Under the pieces are notes generated by a model. That model was not told the DNA's origin. It made no database searches and saw nothing but the letters and a program-made list of their open reading frames with translations. From the IMG/VR virus record IMGVR_UViG_3300031951_000036: a DNA stretch of 20,000 nt; one strand, given 5' to 3'. Both the position numbers and the translations under genes were made by a program. Positions 1 through 8,577 of the stretch are shown in pieces; position 1 is the first letter of the stretch, and each line of letters opens with the position of its first letter. Source of the DNA: an uncultured virus (IMG/VR IMGVR_UViG_3300031951_000036) (lineage: Duplodnaviria; Heunggongvirae; Uroviricota; Caudoviricetes).

Positions 1-2561
1 TGATCCGCATTATTCATGCTCTGGTAATTGGCTTCAGGTGCATCAACGCTTTTGCGTTTGGGCCCACCCTTAACAAACTTCATCAAAGCAGGATTACCAT
101 AGTGCATACCTCCCTCTGCTTTAATTTCTAAAGTACTTGTAGTAGGTGAATGTTGAAACAAATTTGCATAAGCACGAACATTCTGCAAGTACTCATTATT
201 TGCGTAAGGGCTATTAGGGTTTCTGACAACCATTTCTTCAGGACTCTCTCCTTCTTTAATTGCCTGCTCTATGGTTTTCTTATCTCCGCGTCTTAGTCGC
301 CCTGGCATGTTATACATGTATGGTAAGAAATCCAGGTAGTTACTACCATCCAATGCTGATGTCTCACCTTTCTCCGCAAGCCTTCTCAACTGTGGTAAAT
401 TTTGAGCATTGACTATCATAGCTGCCAAAAATGCTTTCTCAGGATCGTTGTCCAATGCTTCAGGCGTAATCCCGTATTTCTCACGGTCTTCTTTGCTAAG
501 GTTGTTGAGCTTAACCTGTGTAAGCCCGCGACTATAGTCTTCCTTTACATTCTTTTTATAAGACCCTTTTCCTTTAAAACGTGATGCTATATCCTCAGCA
601 ACAGAGTCTATTTTTCTTACAGCATCTGTTTCATCAAGTCCACCTGGCTTAGTTCCAAATCCACTCTCCTGACCATAGATACCAAAGGTGTTGGATACAA
701 TGGCGTTATACTCACGGTTACTGATGTTGTAACGCTTCATGAAGTCCAGTTTAAACTGCTCATCATTGACACGGTTCAAGATTTGGTTGAAACCTGCCGT
801 CTTAGACAAGGCACTGTAGTCCATGTCATTATTGATTGTGTTTCCTAACAACAATCTTCCAGCAGCCTGCACATCAGGATTGCTGTTTTGCATCATGGTG
901 GATGAGCTGTACCCTAACGGTTCACCATCCATGGTCACAAAAGTTCTACCTTTCTCATTGAACATGCCAGGTGAATATGTCTCCCAACGACGCACCTGCC
1001 CTTTTTTGAAAAACTGAGGATCCGCCTCTTCAATCTTACCTTTTAACCAATCGCGAATACCTACGCTTTCAGAAATTAAATCAGTAGGAGCTTTGGTAAT
1101 AATCTGAATACGGTCACCGCTATACTGCTCTCTGTCTGTTTTAGTATTTACAATATATTGTTTCCTGTACATTTGGCCTCTACCAGTATTGGTAAAAGCT
1201 TCAAATGAAACCATGTTGTCACCTAGATCTTTTTGGGTATTGGGTATGACAGCTACTGCGTGATGAGGGCGTCCTTTGCCTTCCAAAAATTGAACTACTT
1301 TTACAGCGTCAGGATTTTTTATTAACGCCTTTGTGTCAAACTCAAGAGACCACCCTGGAACTTTACCATCTTTTACATCATCTTGAAATAATGAGTTTGA
1401 AAAGTATTTAACAGGCTTTCCAGAAGCATCTGTCAAGAGGGGGTTTTTATCATCTATGTTTAGTGTTCTGCACACACCAGAAATACAGCCCCATACTTTT
1501 TCTCCTTCACGTTCTGCAGCATCAAAAACACTTTGTGGAATGTAGCCGCTTTCTAATATGTCAGGATTATCTGAAGTTTCAACATAGTCAATGTTTTTTT
1601 CAAATGCACTAGCGTCACGCTTTCCTGCTTTCAGACCATACGCATTATTGTTAATTTGGCTCTGCGTATATTGTAATCGGTTTACTAACTCAGGATCCAC
1701 ATACGCCCCACCTTTAGGAATAGCGTTGATACCATAACGTGACGCATCTGCAGGAATACCAGTTTCTAAACCTACTTGCGCCTTAGGTAAAAACTTTGCA
1801 AGACCCCCATAGTTTTTTACTGGCAGCTTGCTCATGTCAGGCATGTTATCATTTTCCACATCATCTACCGTGTCAAAGAAGTTGATGATTTGCTGCCAGG
1901 GTATATACTTGTAGGCCTGCTTGATTGCATCTGGATCCAGGTATTTGATCTTTCCAAACTTGCCCAATGCAGGAACAGCACTAAACATGTCCAATGCTTG
2001 TTTTACAGTTGGATATTGTTGTCCAGACATTCGCCACTCAGTATATGCTTGCTTAGCATCATCCCATGATGTGACGCCCGTTGGGTCAAAAAACTCAAGA
2101 GTATTCTCCGCAAAGTTGTCTCTATCATCTGGTGTAACAGTACGCATTGCGTATTTGTGTGGCTGCTGAAACTCCTCTGGTAATGGTTTAGTTACATCAG
2201 GAATATTGATTTTTGGTGTACTGCTTTGAGGTAAGTTGGATATCCTAGGTCCTAACTGCCTTCCGTCTTGTGCAGTAGGTAAAAACTTCTGTAGCCCACC
2301 ATAACGCATTTCATACTCATCTACATACTGAGCGCCTGGAAATTGTACACGTGTTTCATCATAAGGTTCCAGCACTGTTTCAATACCGTTGTCACTCACA
2401 GCTTTGATGCGATGTGGAGTAGGATTGTAAAGCGTGTCAGAAGGAATGCGGTAATTCATGCCCGCAGGGGGTGCTCCATTTAAGAACCCTTCATTGCTGA
2501 CCATCGGCTGCGTTTGCTGCTGAGAGGCAATGAACTTCATCAATACATCTTTGTTAAACAT
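1..2561 (-). CDS. Large modular virion (probably ejected cargo) protein, >853 aa, 3' end outside the window; contains NlpC/P60/CHAP-like and lytic transglycosylase (SLT-like) domains
   Basis: Not in the ORF track because its stop lies beyond the window. Translated by hand: ATG at 2561-2559 overlaps the upstream TAA (TAATG) and there is no in-frame stop down to position 3. It begins MFNKDVLMKFIASQ. Motifs: WGCISGVC ... VVQFLEGKGRPHHAVAVI (Cys/His pair) and GIYGQESGFG ... SRGLTQVK ... YGIT-x-DPE ... YMYNMPG ... EYLQNV (SLT-like motifs in order). Confidence 0.92.
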   Translation of the reverse strand, partial: MFNKDVLMKFIASQQQTQPMVSNEGFLNGAPPAGMNYRIPSDTLYNPTPHRIKAVSDNGIETVLEPYDETRVQFPGAQYVDEYEMRYGGLQKFLPTAQDGRQLGPRISNLPQSSTPKINIPDVTKPLPEEFQQPHKYAMRTVTPDDRDNFAENTLEFFDPTGVTSWDDAKQAYTEWRMSGQQYPTVKQALDMFSAVPALGKFGKIKYLDPDAIKQAYKYIPWQQIINFFDTVDDVENDNMPDMSKLPVKNYGGLAKFLPKAQVGLETGIPADASRYGINAIPKGGAYVDPELVNRLQYTQSQINNNAYGLKAGKRDASAFEKNIDYVETSDNPDILESGYIPQSVFDAAEREGEKVWGCISGVCRTLNIDDKNPLLTDASGKPVKYFSNSLFQDDVKDGKVPGWSLEFDTKALIKNPDAVKVVQFLEGKGRPHHAVAVIPNTQKDLGDNMVSFEAFTNTGRGQMYRKQYIVNTKTDREQYSGDRIQIITKAPTDLISESVGIRDWLKGKIEEADPQFFKKGQVRRWETYSPGMFNEKGRTFVTMDGEPLGYSSSTMMQNSNPDVQAAGRLLLGNTINNDMDYSALSKTAGFNQILNRVNDEQFKLDFMKRYNISNREYNAIVSNTFGIYGQESGFGTKPGGLDETDAVRKIDSVAEDIASRFKGKGSYKKNVKEDYSRGLTQVKLNNLSKEDREKYGITPEALDNDPEKAFLAAMIVNAQNLPQLRRLAEKGETSALDGSNYLDFLPYMYNMPGRLRRGDKKTIEQAIKEGESPEEMVVRNPNSPYANNEYLQNVRAYANLFQHSPTTSTLEIKAEGGMHYGNPALMKFVKGGPKRKSVDAPEANYQSMNNAD

Positions 2562-5500
2562 TAGCGCGGGCTGTTTAAAGTTTTGGTCAAACCGACTTTC
2601 AACACCATCTTCTTATCCGTTGATGTTGTCTTACGCAGGATGACCCTGTTTCCATAGTGGCGGAACTTCTTGCGCTGTAAAGGAGGCTTGTCATAATTAA
2701 TATACTCAGGATTTACTGATTTCTGGTAACCATTGCACCCTGTAATCCACATTGGTGTCTGGTCAAAACTGAACTCACCTCTGTCATCTGTGTTGTCCCA
2801 GAACTGGTTAAAGCGGTACTTGTTTTCCTCTTTTGCCACCAGGATTTGCATGTTGTATGCGGTACTCAAGGGTTGTGCAATGAGTGCCAATGGATCATTC
2901 TTTGGTTTGATGTTCAGTTTCAGGATACCAGAGTTCTGCTCAGAATTATAGATGACAGCGGTGTCAAAGTTCTCATCCAATACATGGTTAAAATCTTTAC
3001 CATTGTTATAGTACTTGTACGCCTCCATCCAGTATTCCACACTGCTCAAGGTTGTTACACCTGATGGTGTCACTACTGGAAACTCCACTTCCCAGGGACG
3101 GCTTTCACCGTAGTACTCAGTAAACAGATCCCACTTGGCATTGTGTTTCCAGATGCCACCGCCCTTTGTGGTAAAGAAGTGGGTGTAAGACGGCATGGTC
3201 AGGTCTGGTGCCCAGTCATGAAAGCTTACCCAAGTCTTGCTCTTGGGGTCATACGACACGGTCCAGTTACAAGGCTCAAAACAGTTGGGGTCGCTGAACT
3301 CACAAGGACATTTTTTAGTAATTACAGGTCTGGCCTCAACATTGATAGATACACTACAAGTTGAAGTTCCACCATTGTCATCAGAAGCTACCAGCTCATA
3401 AACTGTAACTGCATCAAGCGGTAATACCACCGCGTTTCCATTCACAGGAACACTTAGTCCATTAAGGGTTGCGCTTGTAGCAGACAATGTTGACCAGATC
3501 AATAGCACTTGTTGACCCTCTGTCACAGAAAGCGTATTAGCTTGTAAACTACACTGTACTCCAGGTATGCACGTGTTAGATGCAATTGCCGTAGCTACCT
3601 GGTCAATAGATGCAGAAGAGGAAGCATTGATACCATAGTTATATCCAGCAGGGTCATTAATGTCCCCGTCTGTAGAACTGATATTTTTTAAGTTTTGAGG
3701 GTCAGCCGGTACATCAGAAGTTCCACCGCAGAATATTGCAAACACAAACTGATTAAACGGACCTGACGGTGCACCAGAGGTGTTGGCTGGTATTGTAGAA
3801 GACTGGTATATATCACCTGTACCAGGGTCTACAACTCCCGTAGTATCTGTGACAAGCATGATAAACTGCTTAAAATTAGGATTGGCAGTGCGATTACCTA
3901 GTTGAGAACCTGCTTTGTCATTCAACACTCCTTCACCGTGAGATAAACCTAATTCTACATTTGTTCCCCCACCCAACCATGTATTATCATACCAAGTCTC
4001 TACATCAGTTGGAGAAATAGTATTGCTCATACTAAATCCATCAGGCTGCATAGAAGAAGCTGATGTAGCACTAGACCACTGCGTAAAACCTATTTGAATA
4101 TTACCTGCAGCCATACCAGCAACTATTGCAGGATTTTCCAAGAATCCTTTCACAAAAGCAATTTCTGCTTCCTTTATGCCGTAGTTAAGTGTACTACCAG
4201 ATACGTCCAGGGCAAAGACAATGTCCATTAAACAAGGTGTTGGAGGTTGTTCTACTGACGCAGCCTCTGTAACAACAGGGTCAACTGGTGTAATGGGTGG
4301 TGGCAAAATGTCACCACAGATATAATAAGGCACTCCGCTAGGATCATCAAAGAACAAGTCTGAACGCTTAGGAGTATAATCCTTCTTGGAGAAATACAAC
4401 AGTTCATACTGTTGGTCATAAATAGCCTGGCATCCTACTCCTGCCACCGGGTTGTCATACAGTGGGTAGTTAGGATAAGCCTGCAGCATCTTGGATGGCA
4501 GGTTCTCATTGAACCAGAACTTCAACCCATTGCGGCTGATTTCATCAAGCTGGCCTCCTGCAAAATGCAGCACCTTACCTGTCTTCTGAGACATGTAGAA
4601 CATACCATAGGGTGTGTTCACCGCAGAACGTGAAGCTCGTGTGCTACCATACTCCAAAGAGTCATCTGCATTTACTAGTGCCTGCATGTTTTGCTGGAAC
4701 AAGCCCCCGTCACCAATAGTAACTTTAACGCCACCCTTGGTCTGTAACTGGTCAACCCCAACAAACTGCACTGGTTCATCATCTTCAAAAAGAATCACAG
4801 ATCCTTGTGCATTGAGCGATTTAATCGTGGAAATCCTACCGCTAAAATCCTTGTAGTTCAAAGGCAGGTAGTTTCTCCAGTTGTCACGTCTCATGCCGGA
4901 CTGCTGAGGTAAGCTATAAACTGCTCGTTTAGGGTAGTACTCAAAACATGTGGTATACAAAGTGGGGTCATAGTCCCGTGGAAGGATTGATCCCCAGGTA
5001 GCAAAGTTATTGAAGAGTTGGGAGTGACTGAGAGAGTTGTCATACTTGTAGTATACAGGAGTTTTTATTAGGTCAGACCGGAACATGGTGCTCAGATCAT
5101 TGAATGAGTTACCATAGACATCATAGAATTTCTTGGTGTCATCATCACCATAATCACGATAGGCCATGTTCAACTCGCTTTCTGTAAAGAAGTCGCGCAC
5201 CCCGTTGCAGAATAAATAAAACCATGCATTACGCAGAGAGAATGCTCCCAGACTGGTTCCTCTATCCAGGCGATGTAAATCAGAAGGTGTATAAGGATCT
5301 ATGGATGGCCAAGGGTCTAACTCAAAGTTAAGAGAAAAATCCGTTAAGTCATACTTTTCAAAGTCTACCCAATAACGAGGCGCAGGACCATTGACATAGT
5401 TGACATAATTGAACTCCTGACCATCAGGTTCACCCATCAGCCAGGTGTTAAAGAAATAGTAAGGATTCTTTTCTGTAAAACGATTGATGTATACATCACC

Positions 5501-8224
5501 GCCAAACACCGCCCCAGATGTAAACAGTCTGTCTGCATTTGGTTCTGTAGTGTACACACATGAGTCCGTAGGAATCTGAATAACGCTTTGCAACTGACCA
5601 TATTGATTCTGGTAGTCCACTTTAATAGCGCCATAATAAGCAACAGTGTTGGTGTTAAATGACTTGAACACCTCTGGCTTTGTATGCGTAATTATGTCGC
5701 GTACGCGCTGGCGTGTTTCATCGGTCGCTGATGTGGGATTTGGTACGTTAATATCCAGCTTTAGTGCCAAAAACTTATTACGGTTCAGGTTGTTGATCCT
5801 GTAAGTGGCATCCATGTCATGCAGTGCAGAACCAATGTATTTTGCCCCGTCATCTGCAATCTTTCTTCTGATAGACTTGGCCACATCCGTTGGTGCACCT
5901 GTGTTTGTTACATTGGAATAACTGTGGTAAAACCCATGGGAGTTATACTGTAATGCGTAGTCCCTGAACTTGATCATCTTATATAACACATCAAGCACCT
6001 GGTTCATACCCATACCCATGTAATAAACAGACTGAGCGGCCATAATGGCAATTGCAGCAATAGCAGAAGCTGTTGAAGCTGCACCACCTCCAGAGGCAAT
6101 TTGTTGCCCTTGGTCAACAATCAAATCCCCAAATATAGAAGCTGTGCCGGCTTGGCGGTTACTTGAAAAGAATGGAGCACCTGATCCTCCAGCTAGTACA
6201 TAGTTACCGCCTGTTTGTGTGGTCGTACCTATTGAGGAAAGTACTGCAATACCTGCACCAACAATTACCGCTAACCCAAATGACGTATCCCTAAGCAATT
6301 TTTGTTTAGGTTGTTTATAGGGAACTTCATAGTTGCCAGTGACTGTACCCCGCTCCTCAGTATACATTTTTATGTATCCATCCCCCAGGTAAGGTTTGAT
6401 AAAACTGGTCTCAGGTGAGTGAAATGAAAAGTAGTTTCTTTTATATGTGGTAAGTGCGGGTGCATTTTCAATGGTATTGGTGCTACCTGTACCATTTGTC
6501 AGCGTATCAAAATCTGTTGTCAAAAACTTATTAGGTCGCAGGTCATTGTAAGGAAAGTTCTGAAACATTCCTCTTTTGCCAGTATCATCCTGTGGTTCAT
6601 ACTCCCACATGTTGTTGAATAATCCTTTGGCTACAATAGAGCGGTTGCCCTCGCGTGAGCCTCTCAGGATTTCATAGCCAACAATGTCAGCAATAAGATC
6701 ACCGTTTTCATCAACAGGGTGAGCAATGCTTGAGAACTTGACACCAAGTACATAGATCTTATTACCTCCCTGATTGTGAATGTGCATCGTTTCATTGGAC
6801 GGCATTTTATGATGACGAATGGGTTTGCCACAAAGCTCACCCCATATCTCAGGTTTATCATCTGGGTAGGTTTCAGTACTTTCCCAATACCCCATTTCGC
6901 CTGCATAAAGAACAGGCGCCCCATCAAAAGTCTCATCGTTTGCAGGTGTTTTGCTTGACGTGTCGTAAACCTGCCAGCGTTCTGTCTCTGATGGATAAAG
7001 AACGTCATTGGTGCTTACAGAAGCGCGGTCTATGGAGTTTGCAGCACGTCCAGGAATATGAAAAGAAGCACTGCGCGCACCGGTTTTGTACACCCAACGA
7101 ATGAAAAATGCATACACCTCATCGCGCATATAGCCTGTACTGTTTCCTCCCTGGTAATAGTAATCTGCACTTCTTTCAGCAGCAACCCAACGGGTAGTAA
7201 TGTTATTGGCTAAAGGTTGATAGTTGAAATATGGCTGTGTAGTTACACCCGTACGAATCAGGTAATCCCCTACTTTGTGCAACTTGTCGCTCTTCTCATA
7301 GACAATATTGCGCAAAGGGATATATGCTAAAGGGACAGTTTCCAGGGATTGATTAACCTGGTCAAGTGTCACTTTAGACTGGCGTATGGGATAGTTACCC
7401 ACTTTCTTAGCCAGTGTTTGCTGGTTTACTACTGCAATCAACACCAGCTCATATTCTTCAAAGCTCTGGTCCAGGTTTTGAATGGTAATGTCCAGTGAGC
7501 CACCAATTCCTTCATGGCTCCAGAGGGCTTGAGGTTGAGAAGGCGTGCAATAGTCTGTCAGGCGAACACCATTCTCTGAATACGCAACCGTAACCATGTA
7601 GCTACCATTGATCAGCTGGCCGGACCCTGCTGCACGATTCACCCGTACGCAAGGTTGTTCAACCAATGGGTGCAGGCGTATGGCATTGCAGTCCAAATTG
7701 GTGGTATATTCTGGTATAAAACAATCGCTGTCTTCAGATAAATTATTGCCAGTGGTCAGGTAAGGTATGCGGTCCAGATTAAGCACCCGGTCAGGGTTAA
7801 GGCCATCAGAAAAATAAACGCTGTCTGTGCAGTCATAATTACCCTTACATACCGCAGTGATCAGATTTGTTTTTTTGAAGTTCAGACAATCTGCGTTGAT
7901 TACTGCCTGATACGTTTCTGTGACTTCATCAAAAATTCCAATTTCAGAAGAGATGTTATTAGTAGAGAATACCACCCACTGCCCTTCGCTTTTATGGGCA
8001 TAGCCTATAATGGTATAGGGAGCAGATGCTGCCAAATAGTTAGCAGGCTCATTGCTCAATGTACCTGTTTCTCCCTGGTGTGAGTTATTGATGGCATTAA
8101 TGGCGTTGGTCCAAATCGTTTCAGGCATGAAGATATCTGTCACGTCTTTATTCAGACCTTTGACAAAACTGTTTGCTTTGATGTCACGGCCACCGCCTTC
8201 TGATCCTGTAGTATTCTTAGCCAT
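2561..8224 (-). CDS. Tail stabilisation / muzzle-like protein (crAss-like, P22 gp10-related), ~1887 aa, with inserted VWA and Ig-like domains
   Basis: Track ORF 2561..8296. The start is moved to the ATG at 8224 (MAKNTTG...), which overlaps the upstream TAA (TAATG). N-terminal FVKGLNKD ... GTLSNEP, internal YFSDGLNPDR and C-terminal WTVSYDPKSKTWVSFHDW resemble, from recall, crAss-like tail stabilisation proteins. Position after the IHF-like and ring/tubular genes matches crAss-like synteny. Confidence 0.75.
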   Translation of the reverse strand: MAKNTTGSEGGGRDIKANSFVKGLNKDVTDIFMPETIWTNAINAINNSHQGETGTLSNEPANYLAASAPYTIIGYAHKSEGQWVVFSTNNISSEIGIFDEVTETYQAVINADCLNFKKTNLITAVCKGNYDCTDSVYFSDGLNPDRVLNLDRIPYLTTGNNLSEDSDCFIPEYTTNLDCNAIRLHPLVEQPCVRVNRAAGSGQLINGSYMVTVAYSENGVRLTDYCTPSQPQALWSHEGIGGSLDITIQNLDQSFEEYELVLIAVVNQQTLAKKVGNYPIRQSKVTLDQVNQSLETVPLAYIPLRNIVYEKSDKLHKVGDYLIRTGVTTQPYFNYQPLANNITTRWVAAERSADYYYQGGNSTGYMRDEVYAFFIRWVYKTGARSASFHIPGRAANSIDRASVSTNDVLYPSETERWQVYDTSSKTPANDETFDGAPVLYAGEMGYWESTETYPDDKPEIWGELCGKPIRHHKMPSNETMHIHNQGGNKIYVLGVKFSSIAHPVDENGDLIADIVGYEILRGSREGNRSIVAKGLFNNMWEYEPQDDTGKRGMFQNFPYNDLRPNKFLTTDFDTLTNGTGSTNTIENAPALTTYKRNYFSFHSPETSFIKPYLGDGYIKMYTEERGTVTGNYEVPYKQPKQKLLRDTSFGLAVIVGAGIAVLSSIGTTTQTGGNYVLAGGSGAPFFSSNRQAGTASIFGDLIVDQGQQIASGGGAASTASAIAAIAIMAAQSVYYMGMGMNQVLDVLYKMIKFRDYALQYNSHGFYHSYSNVTNTGAPTDVAKSIRRKIADDGAKYIGSALHDMDATYRINNLNRNKFLALKLDINVPNPTSATDETRQRVRDIITHTKPEVFKSFNTNTVAYYGAIKVDYQNQYGQLQSVIQIPTDSCVYTTEPNADRLFTSGAVFGGDVYINRFTEKNPYYFFNTWLMGEPDGQEFNYVNYVNGPAPRYWVDFEKYDLTDFSLNFELDPWPSIDPYTPSDLHRLDRGTSLGAFSLRNAWFYLFCNGVRDFFTESELNMAYRDYGDDDTKKFYDVYGNSFNDLSTMFRSDLIKTPVYYKYDNSLSHSQLFNNFATWGSILPRDYDPTLYTTCFEYYPKRAVYSLPQQSGMRRDNWRNYLPLNYKDFSGRISTIKSLNAQGSVILFEDDEPVQFVGVDQLQTKGGVKVTIGDGGLFQQNMQALVNADDSLEYGSTRASRSAVNTPYGMFYMSQKTGKVLHFAGGQLDEISRNGLKFWFNENLPSKMLQAYPNYPLYDNPVAGVGCQAIYDQQYELLYFSKKDYTPKRSDLFFDDPSGVPYYICGDILPPPITPVDPVVTEAASVEQPPTPCLMDIVFALDVSGSTLNYGIKEAEIAFVKGFLENPAIVAGMAAGNIQIGFTQWSSATSASSMQPDGFSMSNTISPTDVETWYDNTWLGGGTNVELGLSHGEGVLNDKAGSQLGNRTANPNFKQFIMLVTDTTGVVDPGTGDIYQSSTIPANTSGAPSGPFNQFVFAIFCGGTSDVPADPQNLKNISSTDGDINDPAGYNYGINASSSASIDQVATAIASNTCIPGVQCSLQANTLSVTEGQQVLLIWSTLSATSATLNGLSVPVNGNAVVLPLDAVTVYELVASDDNGGTSTCSVSINVEARPVITKKCPCEFSDPNCFEPCNWTVSYDPKSKTWVSFHDWAPDLTMPSYTHFFTTKGGGIWKHNAKWDLFTEYYGESRPWEVEFPVVTPSGVTTLSSVEYWMEAYKYYNNGKDFNHVLDENFDTAVIYNSEQNSGILKLNIKPKNDPLALIAQPLSTAYNMQILVAKEENKYRFNQFWDNTDDRGEFSFDQTPMWITGCNGYQKSVNPEYINYDKPPLQRKKFRHYGNRVILRKTTSTDKKMVLKVGLTKTLNSPR

Positions 8225-8577
8225 TATCCTTTGATCACAAATTTTTTCTTGTTCAGTATTTTGTACGCGTGCTCTGTCAGATGCCCTACCAGCCAAGCCT
8301 GGGACTCTTCATCATCAATAGCTATGTCTGTAGTAATAGCCACTGTCAGATGAAACAGTTCATGAGCCAGTAAATTATGACTCAAGCTATCTTCTTTCAG
8401 TGCAATCACATACTCCGCATTACCCCAGTTAAACACCACGCCATGTGTGTCCAACACGTCCACGCTTACCTTCTTTTTCTTGAACACATATTGCTGCAAC
8501 TCTTCCATGGTGGAGGTTACAATCAGGACCACCTTGCATTCATACAAGGGGATCTTGATGGTGGACTTAGACATCAT
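8224..8577 (-). CDS. Small zincin-like metalloprotease (HExxH), 117 aa
   Basis: LLAHELFHL (HExxH at 8350-8364) followed by DDEESQAWL (candidate third ligand Glu). Overlaps both neighbouring genes. Confidence 0.7.
   Translation of the reverse strand: MMSKSTIKIPLYECKVVLIVTSTMEELQQYVFKKKKVSVDVLDTHGVVFNWGNAEYVIALKEDSLSHNLLAHELFHLTVAITTDIAIDDEESQAWLVGHLTEHAYKILNKKKFVIKG

Noticed and set aside
1..2560. Apparent 2.5-kb gene-poor region (possible ncRNA, origin or array)
   Set aside because: It is fully coding on the minus strand. The ORF was omitted only because its stop is outside the window.
3335..4310. Insertion in the muzzle-like gene as an intein or intron
   Set aside because: There are no intein terminal motifs (C-terminal HN followed by C/S/T) and no homing-endonuclease motifs. 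The insert is in frame and has clear VWA and Ig-like signatures.
8225..8296. Track start (MAGRASD...) for the 1911-aa ORF
   Set aside because: It would overlap the zincin gene by 73 nt. The ATG at 8224 gives a TAATG coupling like those at 2561 and 10374.
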